Assembly: GCA_013239625.1 (NCBI GenBank)
Contig: MU053873.1
Location: 12,524 to 76,523, forward strand
DNA from: Lama guanicoe
Lineage: Eukaryota
Direction of reading: 5' to 3'
DNA: 64,000 nucleotides
Both the position numbers and the translations under genes were made by a program. Positions 36,841 through 48,100 of the stretch are shown here, in pieces (the stretch's first letter is position 1; each line of letters begins with the position of its first letter). The notes beneath the pieces are model-generated. The model ran no database searches and had not been told where the DNA came from. It saw only the letters and a program-made list of their open reading frames with translations.

Positions 36841-37624
36841 CAGACAGGAATTATAGCCCCATTTTATAGGCCAAGAAACCAAGGCTCAGCAATGGGGAGA
36901 TTCTTGGCCAAAGGCTCCGTGCCCAATGGCAGAGGTGGAGCCAGAACCCAGTTTAGCTCCTGGTAGTGCACCTGCCCTGCCTCTGGGGGTTGGGGAGGGT
37001 AAAGGTGGGCAGGTGAGCCCCAGCCAAGGAGGGCCAGCCTGGGGCAGGGGGCACACAGTGAGATGGAGCTAGGAGCTGGGTTCTTGGGGTAGGGGGTGGG
37101 TTGGGGGGCCCAGAGTCTGAAGAAAGCTGCCATACTAGCCCTGGACTGCCCACCACTGGACTCTTTTTGATGAGAAAGGATAAATTTCAAATTTGTGCCT
37201 TTTGGTGGGATGTGAGCCCCACTCCGGACTAATTGTGTGCAGGGCCTGAGCTGAAGCATCATCCCCAGTTCTCAGGTGAGGAGAGTGAGGCTCGGGGCAG
37301 GAGGTGACTTGTCACACCACATAAAGAGGAGGGGGTCCATCTCTGCAGTCAGCCCATGAGTTTGATGAATTTCTCAGTAGGAGACCAGAGAGGAGGCCAC
37401 AGCCACAGGCCTGGGCTGCAGGGCACTCAGGGGACTGTCGTCACCTTGCCTTCAGCCATCGGAGGGCTGCGTTGGGCCAGCAGCACCTCTGTCCCCAAGG
37501 GAGCAGAAACAGGGCCCCCAACATTCTGCTTTTGAAGGGCAGCCTTGCATGCAGGTTGAGTCCCAACAGGCCAAGCTCACCAGGGCCAGGCCGTTTGGGG
37601 TGTCCAGAGTGGCAGAAAGAAAAG

Positions 37625-38935
37625 AGACTGAACATCACTAATCATTAGGGAAATACATATCAAAAACGCAGTGAGACACCACCTCACACCCTGGAGGATG
37701 GCTACTATCAAACAACAGAAAATTTAAGTGTTGGTGAGGATGTGAATAAAGGGGAACCCTTGTGCATTGTTACTGGGAATCTAAGATGGTTGCAGCCATT
37801 GTGCAAAACAGGATGACCGTTCCTCAAAGAATTAAACAGAATTACCAAATGATCCAGAAATTCTACTTCTGGGTATATACCCAAAAGAACCGAAAACAGG
37901 AACTCGAACAGGTATCTGTACACTAATGTTCGTAACAGCTTTATTCGTAATAGCCAAAAGGTGGAAACAACCCAAGTATCCATTAACAAATGAATGGATA
38001 AACAAAATGTGGTCTATTCATACAATGGAATATTATTTAGCCTTAAAAAGGAAGGAAATTCTGACATGTGCTGCAACTTGAATGAACATTGATGACAGTA
38101 AACTAAGCAAAATAAGCCAGAAACAAAAAGATGAATGTATGATTCTCCTTACAAAAAGTACCCAGAGTAGTCAGATTCCCAGGGACAGAAAGGGGAATGG
38201 TGGTTGCCCATGTTACCCTTTCAGGTTGGGCCCCCACAGTGCCGCTGAAGCCAACAGAACGAGACTGAGTTCAGTTTAGAAGCAAAGAAAAGCTTTATAC
38301 TCTGATCAAAGGATGGAGAGGTGGGAGCTCCAGCCCTAGAGTCCTCCGAGGCTGACTCGGGGCTGCTTTATAGGGATCAGTGTCAGCCGGGAGGGGGCCG
38401 GCTCGTTCTTGCCGGTCTGCGCAGGCGTGTGGCTCACACCGCAACCTAGCGCTGTGTTCTGCGCAGCCTCCCTGCTCACCTCCTGCTGCCGCCATCTTGA
38501 ATCGAGCATTGTGCGCAGCTGCACACGGCCCGCCGAGCTGAGGTGTCCCTGCAGCCACTTTGCACCAGGAACTCTGGTCTGAGTGCAGGACTTCTGCACA
38601 CGGCTCTCTGTGAGCTAGTGAAACAAGACTAAGCACAAAGGAAAACAAACAAATAAGGTTAGACTTTATTGCCCAGATTCCGTTTTTATTTCCTGGAAGT
38701 TCTTAATTGGCTTTGCCAGGGACACCGGGGACTGAGGGGTAGGGAGAGGGGAAAATGGGGAAGTTTAATGTTTAATGAGGACAGAGGCTTAGCTGGGAAA
38801 TGAAAAAAAAAAAGTCCTGGAGTTGGATGGTGGTGCTGGTTGCACAACAATGTGAATGTACTTAGTGCCACTGAACTGTACTCTTAAAAATAGTTGAAAT
38901 GGCAAAGTTTATGTTAGGCACATTTTACCACACAC
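37625..38935 (+). mobile_element. Old L1M-type 3' fragment interrupted by a solo LTR
   Basis: L1 ORF2-end/3'UTR motifs at 37625-38210 resuming at ~38725. Confidence 0.8.
38211..38724 (-). mobile_element. ERV solo LTR
   Basis: TG...CA ends; on the - strand TATAAA, polyA-like hexamer and ...GGTAACA U5 end; splits an L1. Confidence 0.7.
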
Positions 38936-39356
38936 ACGCAAAAAGTGAAACGAACAAACAAGGATCAGAGACCTAAATATAGGAGCTAAAACTCTCATAA
39001 AAAACTCTCATAAAACTCTCAGAAAAACACATGGAGGTGTATCTACACGACCTTGGATTTGGCAGTGTTTTCTTAGATATGACACTAAAAGCATAAGCAA
39101 GAAGAGAAAAAGTACAGAAGTCAGACTTCATTAAAATGAGGAACCTCTGTGCATCAAAGGACACTAAAAAGAGTGAAAAAACCCTCAGAACCGAAGGAAA
39201 TATTTTCAAATTATAAAAAGGAAAAAATTTTTTCAAATTATGTATCTGATAAAAGGTGAAAATCCAGAATATGTAAAGAATTCTTACAAGTTAACAATAA
39301 GAAGACCACCCAACTTAAAATTAGGCAAAGACATTTTAAAAATTTGAATACATTTC

Positions 39357-39485
39357 CCTTTGTTATTGTTGTTTTTGGGGGGCATGATTAGGTTTATTTA
39401 TTTAGTGGAGGTACTGGAGCATGAGAATCCAGGACCTTGTGCATGCCAGGCATGCACTCTACCACTGAGCTACACCCTCTCCCCC
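39357..39485 (-). mobile_element. tRNA-derived SINE (Vic-1 type) inserted in an old L1
   Basis: GGGGAGAGGGTGTAGCTCAGTGGTAGAG head on the - strand. Confidence 0.8.
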
Positions 39486-40240
39486 AAATAGACATTTCTC
39501 CACAGAAGATACACAAATGGCCAAAAAGCACATGAAGAAATGCTCAAGGTCTTTAGCCATTAGAGAAATGCAATTCAAAATCACAGTGAAACACTGCTGA
39601 AACCCATTAGAATGGCTATGATAGCAAAATAAGAAAACAGACAAGGAACCCTCGGACATCGGTAGGGGGAATGTAAAATAATGCAGCCACTTTGGAAAAC
39701 GGTGGCAGTTTCTCAAAAGGTTGAACATGGACTTACTATATGAATCAGCACTTCTACTCCGAGAGGTACACCCAAGAGAAGTGAAAACGTGTTTTCGCAG
39801 AAACTTCTACAAAAAATGTTCATAGCAGCATTATTCATAAAAGCCAAAAGTGGAAATAACACAAATGTCCATCAACTGATGAATATATACATAAAATGTG
39901 GTATATTTATACAAAGGAATATTTTTCAGCCATAAGAAGGAATGAGGTACTGATACATGCTGCAACATGGATGAACTTTGTATATATTATGCTAATTTAA
40001 AGAAGCCAGTCACAAAAGGTCACATACTGTATGAGTCGTTTTATATGAAATATTCAGAATAGGGAAATCTGCAGGAATAGAAAGATTAGGAGTTGCCAGA
40101 GGCTGGAGCAGGGATGCAGGAAATGGGGAATGACCTCTAATGGGTACAGGGTATTTTGTGCAGAGTGAAAATGTTCTGCAAACAGATAGCAGTGATGGTT
40201 GCACAGTCTTGTGAATATACTTTAAAAAAAATCACTGAAC

Positions 40241-41550
40241 TAGACAGCAGCATGTAAAACAATGAAGCTAGAACACTCCCTTACACCATGTACAAAAATC
40301 AACTCAAAATGGATCAAAGACTTAAACATAAGGCAAGATACAATAAACCTCCTAGAGGAAAACATAGGGAAAACATTATCTGACATACATTTCAAAAATT
40401 TTCTCCTAGAAGAAATAAAAGCAAGAATAAACAAATGGGACCTAATGAAACTTACAAGCTTCTGCACAGCAAAGGAAACCAGAAGTAAAACAAGAAGACA
40501 ACCTACGGAATGGGAGAAAATTTTTGCAAATGAAACCAACAAAGGCTTGATCTCCAGAATATATAAGCAGCTCATATGACTCAATAAGAAAAAAATAAAC
40601 AACCCAATCCAAAAATGGGCAGAAGACCTAAACAAGCAATTCTCCAAGGAAGACATACAAATGATCAAAAGGCACATGAAAAAATGTTCAATATCACTAA
40701 TTATCAGAGAAATGCAAATCAAAACTACAATGAGGTATCACCTCACACCAGTCAGAATGGCCGTCATTCAAAAATCCACAAATGACAAATGCTGGAGAGG
40801 CTGTGGAGAAAGGGGAACCCTCCTACACTGCTTGTGGGAATGCAGTTTGGTGCAGCCACTGTGGAAAACAGTGTGGAGATTCCTCAAAAGACTAGGAAGA
40901 GACTTACCATATGACCCAGGAATCCCACTCCTGGGCTTGTATCCAGAAGGAAATCTACTTCAGGATGACACCTGCACCCCAATGTTCATAGCAGCACTAT
41001 TTACAATAGCCAAAACATGGAAACAGCCTAAATGTCCATCAACAGGTGACTGGATAAAGAAGAGGTGGTATATTTATACAATGGAATACTACTCAGCCAT
41101 AAAAACCGACAACATAATGCCATTTGCAGCAACATGGATGCTCCTAGAGAATGTCATTCTAAGTGAAGTAAGCCAGAAAGAGAAAGAAAAATACCATATG
41201 AGATCGCTCATATGTGGAATCTAAAAAACAAAAACAAACAAACAAACAAAAACAAAGCATAAATACAGGACAGAAATAGACTCATGGACAGAGAATACAG
41301 ACTTGTGGTTACCAGGGGGGTAGAGGGTGGGAAGGGATAGACTGGGATTTCAAAATTGTAGAATAGATAAACAAGATTACACTGTATAGCACAGGGAAAT
41401 ATACACAAAATGTTATGATAAATCACAGAGAAAAAAATGTGACAATGAGTGTGTATATGTCCATGAATGACTGAAAAATTGTGCTGAACACTGGAATTTG
41501 ACACAACATTGTAAAATGATTATAAATCAATAAAAAATGTTAAAAAAAAA
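40241..41550 (+). mobile_element. 5'-truncated, relatively young LINE-1 (ORF2 C-terminus + 3'UTR + polyA)
   Basis: ORFs 40262-40579 and 40661-41224 translate to the L1 ORF2p C-terminus ([29 protein letters not shown]); AATAAA and A tail; flanked by A-rich CACTGAA direct repeats. Confidence 0.95.
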
Positions 41551-44500
41551 CCCCACTGAATTGTACACTTTAAAAATGGTGAACTTAAGATGTGTGAATT
41601 GTATCACACTTTAAGAAAAAATTTTAATAAAAAAGAGATGACCATTAAAAAATGAATAAATAAATAAGTAAATAAGCCTAATTATCTCCAAAAAATTTAA
41701 AAAAAAAAAGAGAGATGAAACTGCCCAAGGGTAGAAGGGGAAAAGCAGACTGTCCCAGAGTGGTGCCCAGAGCTCCACTGGGTCTCTAGTGAGGCACCCC
41801 AACCCCATTCCCCTTTCTTCTGCCCTTTATAGGCCCTCCCACCTCACCTCCCTGTGGTCTGAATCCCACCCCTGTTTGTTTCTTGCCCACAGTGCTTGCC
41901 CCACGGTGAGGCTCCTGTACCCCCTGGTCTCCCTCCATACTCACCCAGCTGGTTCTGGTAGAACAGCATTTCACATTTCTTAGTAACCAATCCCCTGTGG
42001 GACAAGGAGTTCCAGGGTGTGGAGTGGGTGGCCCTGTCTGTACCCTGCAGTTGTTAGTTGGTTGTTGCCACGGTCCCCTGAGAGCTTGGCAAACAAGGAC
42101 TTGGAGAAGACATGTACTGTGGGTGGTTCTCCTTTGCAGAAGCTTTTGTTTTGAAGGAAGGAGATTAAATTCTACTGGCCTCAAGACACCCTGCAGCCCA
42201 AGGTGGGTGGATGCATGCCTCCTAACACACGATGATGATTTAGACCTTTTATCGAGCACTTACTGTGTTCCAGGCACAATGTTAAGCCCTCTGGGGGAAG
42301 GCAGAGCTGGGCTGTGGTTCTGGTACAGGTTCCAGAACCAGACAGGCTTGGGTTCAAATCCTAACTTCCCATTTCCTGGCTGTGTGACTTCAGAAAAGTT
42401 TCATAATCTCTCTGACCTTTCATATCTTTGACTGTAAAATGGGGATATCCCTATCTGTTTCCAAACGGTTTGACAATGATGTAACGTTCTCAGCACAGAG
42501 GAAATGCTCCAAAAAAATAGGAGACTATGAGTTCCGTGCAGGCGGGGACCCAATTTACTGTAGTATCCTCAGCTCTGCCTTCCGTGTGGTTTCCATTTTC
42601 TCACCTCCACACCTTGGCCCACGCCATCACCTCCACTTGGGATGCCCTTTCCTCTACTCCCATCTCCGCTAATTGACATCCTCCCTTTCTTCAAGTTCTG
42701 CTCGGTGCCACCTGTATCCCATTTGGGGTGACTTCTGTGCCTGGGTCCTCTCCCTGATTAGGGAGCTGAGACGGTGGGATGGCCTCTAGCGTGACAGCAA
42801 AGTGGTTAATTGCACGGGCTTAGCTCTGGATGAATTACTTAATTTCTCTGTACCTCAGTTTGCTTGTCTGTTGAGTGGTCTTAACAATGGTACCTACCCC
42901 CAGGGGGCTCCGAGGTTTAAATCAGGTGATGCACTTAGTGTGGGGCCTGACATGTAATAAGCCTTTGATAAACGCAGTAGATCTATGCTAATATGATAGC
43001 CACAAGCATGGGGAAATTTAAAGTAAAATTAATCAATATTTAATTTAATTAAAACGTGGGTTCCTCATTCTCACTAACCACATTTCACATGTGACAGCTG
43101 GCTTCCAGTGATGTCCAGTAGGACACAGCCCAGGTACAGAACAGTTCCATCATCGCAGAAAGTTCCAGTGGACGGCGCCATAGACGATGATGATGTGTGC
43201 GCACAGTAGGTACTCTGTGTCTATTTGTGGTCTGGCTCAGGAAAAACACATAGGGGTGTCTCTGAAGGCTGACAGCTCCTGGAAGGACCCCCAACTCCTC
43301 CTCATGGCCCTCCCTGCCCAGCCTCTGATGTCCCCAGTGGTAACTGGGGCACCTCACATTAGAGGGATTAGGGCAAGAGAAAGGAGACTGGTGAGAAACG
43401 GGCAGGATTAGGGGCTAATGAGAGGGCGGTGGAGGAACCCAATTTCCGCATGCTGCCCGCCTGGCGGGAGGTGGGTGTGGGTAGCAACGGGGGCTTTGCA
43501 GAAAGAGGCCGGAATGTGAAGTGGGGCGGGACAAGGGTATGGAGAGTTACCTAACTGCGCCTGAGGGCACTCAGCGGCTCCCCAGATGGCGGGAGAGAGC
43601 CAAAGACGGCCCCTCTTCTCCTTCTGGGCCCAGCTCTGTTGGGGGCCCAGAGCAAGGAGTTGTCAGCCTAAATGTCCCAAGATAGCCCAGGGGTGGGGAC
43701 CCAGGATGTCCTGGGGGTAGGGGGCCTGAAAGAGTCCTGGAAGGAGAGGCGTGGATTATCTCAGCTGTTGGGACCGAGGGTAAACCAGGGTTAAGTTTTA
43801 GGCCCTGTGGACCCTCTCCAGGCCTGGAAGATGCAGCCACATGGCCATGCTAGAGTCTCAAGCAGATGTGCCCCTGGTTTCTTTATAGGTTATTGACAGT
43901 CACTGACAATGTAGCCTCTGCTCCCTTGGAGCTTCTGACAGCTGGAGAATAATCCCTTAGACATGCACGACCCGTGACAGTCTATGTGTCTCACTAGATC
44001 TTCCTTCCAACCATGTGAGGTGGACAGGGCAAGCATTAATAGCCCTATTCTATAAAAGACACAAGTGACACTCCAAGATGTCACCTTAAAGGGGAGTGAG
44101 GAGCAGGGATGGGGGAACCTCAGGTACCACGACAGAAATCAAAGGATGGGAGAAATTTCTTGGCTTCCCTTATCACCTCACATACAAGGGAAATGCCCTT
44201 CACTGATCAGGTGTTTAAAATCCCAAGAAGCACCCTCACTGCCCCAAGGACATCAGCATGCTCCACCTGCCCCTTAGGGCCCAGGGTCCCCCGAGTCCTC
44301 AGGATCTGAGCAATGAGAAGAGATGGCAGCAGGGTCAGGGGTCGGTGCTCAGCCCTTCTCTGTATTGAAGCTGCAGGGCCATCACCAAAGGATAGAATTT
44401 GAAAGACAGAAAAATAGTTGTCAGCTCTGTGGACAAACAAACCTTCAGTAAGAACACCTTTTTGAGTTCCTTTTTTCTGCTCCAGCCTGTCTCCTCTTCA

Positions 44501-45067
44501 ATATGGACACTTGTTGCAAAAAGAAATGAGCTTCCCACCCTGAAAAAGTGAATAAACTGTTTACTAGACTGACCAAGTCCCTGACTTTTAACTATCAGAG
44601 CTGGGTAAGGATGATCTTTGCAGAACCTTAGATGTGGCGGTCTCTTCACTAGTGAGATGGGGAGACTGAGGGTCAGAGAGAAGGGGTGCCTGCAGAGAGC
44701 AGTCCTCACTCCCCCTGAAACTACCCCCTTCCCTGGAGGCCTGAGAGCACTGAGCAGGGTTCTACAAGCACCCAGCCTGGGCTCCCATCCACGAGAGGCC
44801 AGCCTTACTCCCTCAGCCTCCTCCACCTGGCAGGGGACCTCTGGCACGCCCTCCTGTGCCCGCCTGCCACCTAGAACAGTCCCAGAGCCAAGCACGGGAC
44901 CTCACTTAATCCCAGTTATGTAATGTGCAATCCAACAGTTGGCCAAGGAGGAGGAGCCTAGAGCCACACCCAGGAGTAGGGGCAAAAGGCCCCGCTCGGT
45001 CAGGGCCACAGACAAGGCTTAGCTTCTGCCTGCAGTGGATCCCACTCCTCGAGCCTCACCCAGCACC

Positions 45068-45121
45068 ATGAGCGGCCGAGTCGGAGACCTGAGCCTCAAG
45101 CAGGCAGAGACCCTGGCCACG
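45068..45121 (+). CDS. SEC14L3: SEC14L3 coding exon 1 ([18 protein letters not shown])
   Basis: GCACCATG, 54 nt, GTAAGA donor. Confidence 0.93.
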
Positions 45122-48100
45122 GTAAGAGCCGGAGGAAAGGGCTGAGGGCCAGGGCCGGGGTCGGGGTGGAGGGGTGGTGGTGGCTGGAACCCTGCTCCAG
45201 TCTGTTGGCTCAACACGTCCATGACATTGTCTCTCTGCTGTCACCTCACCCAGGGTCAGGTCGCATGGTGCCTGGTGGCGTCAGCCCCGTCCAGGGCAGG
45301 GGTTGAGGGAACAGCACCGCTTCCAGGCTGTAGAGTGGTGCCAGATCAAGCCCGACATCTCATCCAGGAGCCAGACCCAGAGAGTTTTATCTGACATGCC
45401 CCGTCCCCACCTTCCCTCAGGGGGAAGCCTGAGATGCGGATGGTCTGCCCTCTGACTGTCCCCCTTCACTCCCTAGGACCCTGAAAGATGGCCTGTCTGT
45501 AAGAGCTGAGAGACGGGGCGGGGTGTGTTGTCATCCTCACGGTCAACAGGGCAGAGAACGCATAATCACTAACCACGTTTCTGTGAAAAATGAGATAGAA
45601 AAAAGACAGAAGCCTCGGTGGGCTAACACATGGAAAGAACTAAGAATACATCCATACTCTGGTCCACCCCACCCCCAATTTATCCTTTCTTCCATCCATC
45701 CTCCCTCCCCTACCCACCCATCTATCTAGCCCTCCTTTGGCCATTTATCCACCAGTCTCCCTTTTCTTCTACTAACTTCAACCACCTCTCCTTTTGTCCA
45801 TCCACCACTCATTGGTTTCTCCTTTGTTTTGCATGCATCCATCCTTTCTTCTTTCTCTTCACTACCCATGCATCTGCCCACCCGTCCTTCCATCACTGTG
45901 GGCCAGACTGCACTGGAAGAGAAGAAGGGAAGATGAAAACAATCACCGAGTCTGGAGCCAAGGCTCAGCATGAAAACCTCTTCAACCGACATCTCTCTTC
46001 CCAGTTCCGAGAAAATGTCCAGGACGTGTTGCCCTCCCTCCCCAACCCGGATGACTATTTCCTTCTGCGCTGGCTCCGAGGTGAGGGCAGAGATGGGGGA
46101 AGTCAGGGAGAAGGGGCAGTGAGAGGGGCCTGGTCCCAACCAACTGTTCCATGAGGACCCGTGGTTCTCAGGAGCCGACCACACCGTCTTCATTCACATG
46201 TTCAGGTCCAGGAGAGGGGAGGGGGCAGGAAGGAGAGCCCCATGCCCTCCATAGCTCCCCACTACCCAAGACCAGGACAAGATGACTGCAAGGCAGCCTC
46301 TTTCCCACCCCATGCCTTCCTTCCATCTTCCCACAGCTCGGAATTTCGACCTGCAGAAATCAGAGGCCATGCTCCGCAAGGTGAGTCCCATCCCCCTTGG
46401 AAATTTGGTGAGGGACTTTGTTGGGGGGTGGCCCATGCCTTGAGCCTCCTCAGAAGTGATGGGTGCCATCTGGGGTCTTACCACTCATTTCCCTTTCAGT
46501 ACATGGAGTTCCGGAAGACCATGGACATTGACCACATCCTTGATTGGCAGCCCCCCGAGGTGAGCCAACACCACCACCATGCACACCCCCCTGAAGTTTT
46601 ACAGACATACCACCGAAGCAGCTTCTGGACCACTGGGAGCCATGAGTGAAGGCCAGCAAGACTGAGAGGCCTGTGGAACCCCCAACCCCCACAGGCCTGC
46701 AGGCACCTCTCCGGCGATAATTAAGACTATTTCCTGGGGGCTTATGAGGTCCAGGCCTGAGTTAAGACTTTACCTGCATGAGCTTATTTAATCCTCACAA
46801 CCCCATGAAGCAGGTACCATTGCCCCCATTGTACACATGAGGACACTGAGGCCCAGCAGGGGTTAAGCAGCCTCCCTGAAGTCCCGCAGCCTCCCCAGAG
46901 TCCCACAGCCCCGAGGTGGAGCTAGGATTTGAGCTCAAGCCTGTCTGTCTTCACACCCAGGCTCTTCACCACCACAGCTAGATCATGGCAGTGAGCCGTC
47001 ATCCTAGGGCCTTGCTCAAAGCATTGTATCTAGGTGGGGAAGAAACTTAGCCCACCAAGGAGCTGGGGAAAACAGTCCCACCACTGGTGTCTCAGTAAAG
47101 CAACAGTCCTAGTTTCATTTGTGGAGCACAAGCTCTGGGCCAGGCACAGTGCTTTCCAGTGTGATTCTGGGGACTTCCCTCAACAGAGGAGGTGGAATGG
47201 GGCTCAGAGAGGTGGCATCACTTGCTCAAGGATGCACAGCAGGGAAGCAGTAGCGTCTGTTTTTGAACCAGGTCTGCTGACCTTCAGAATCTATGTTTTT
47301 CGTCACTAAGCCTAACTCCTCTCTATGGAAAGGGACATGGGAGGCACTGGGGCAGAACTAAGGAGCCCAGAGGCCTCAAGCAGCCCTGGCTGAGGCCTGG
47401 CTTTGCCATGTGCCTGCTGTGAGCAAGGTCCCCCACTGCAAGCCCCTGAGTTTCCTCACTTGGACGGCAGTGCCACCCTCCAGGGGAGGGGCAGTGCTAG
47501 TATCATGGTGCATGTAGGCTTGGGCTACCTGCCTGGGAGTTTCGGAGGTGCATAATGCCAAGTGTTGTGTGTCCTTCCATGCCCAGGTGGTCCAGAAGTA
47601 CATGCCTGGGGGCCTGTGTGGCTATGACCGTGACGGCTGCCCCGTGTGGTATGACATCATCGGGCCACTTGACCCCAAGGGCCTGCTGTTCTCAGCCACC
47701 AAGCAGGATCTGCTCAAGACCAAGATGCGAGACTGTGAGCGCATCCTGCACGAATGTGACCTGCAGACACAGCGGGTGAGTCTGCCAGGGGACACGGTCC
47801 CAGGGACACACCTGTGCTCTCTGGTGTCACGGTCACGAGGCTCTGGGGTCAAACACCAGCTCTGCTGCTTCCCAGCTGTGCCACCTTGGGAAGTCACCTC
47901 ACTTCTCTGAGCCTGTTTCCTCACCTACAAAGCAGGGACAGTAATAAATAATGGTTGCAAACATTAAGCAAGATAATACAAATATACGGCCAGCATACAG
48001 GGCCGAATGCATATTTCTCAGCAATGCTAGACACTGTTCTTCCCTCCGAGTCTTGGCCTCTGCTGTTCCTTCTGTCTAGATAACCTGGACCCCTGCACAC

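Larger units (their letters stand above)
38965..41635 (+). mobile_element. Older L1M-type 3' end, interrupted by a SINE and the younger L1
   Basis: Degenerate ORF2/3'UTR sequence at 38965-40240 that resumes at ~41551-41635. Confidence 0.8.

Noticed and set aside
34909..36966. 657-aa Leu/His-rich ORF and Glu-rich ORFs (RPGR-ORF15-like appearance)
   Set aside because: Same repeat; the Glu frame is broken by several TAG codons and the long ORF crosses the gap
40240..41224. ORFs of 105-187 aa as a host gene
   Set aside because: LINE-1 ORF2 fragments and their antisense
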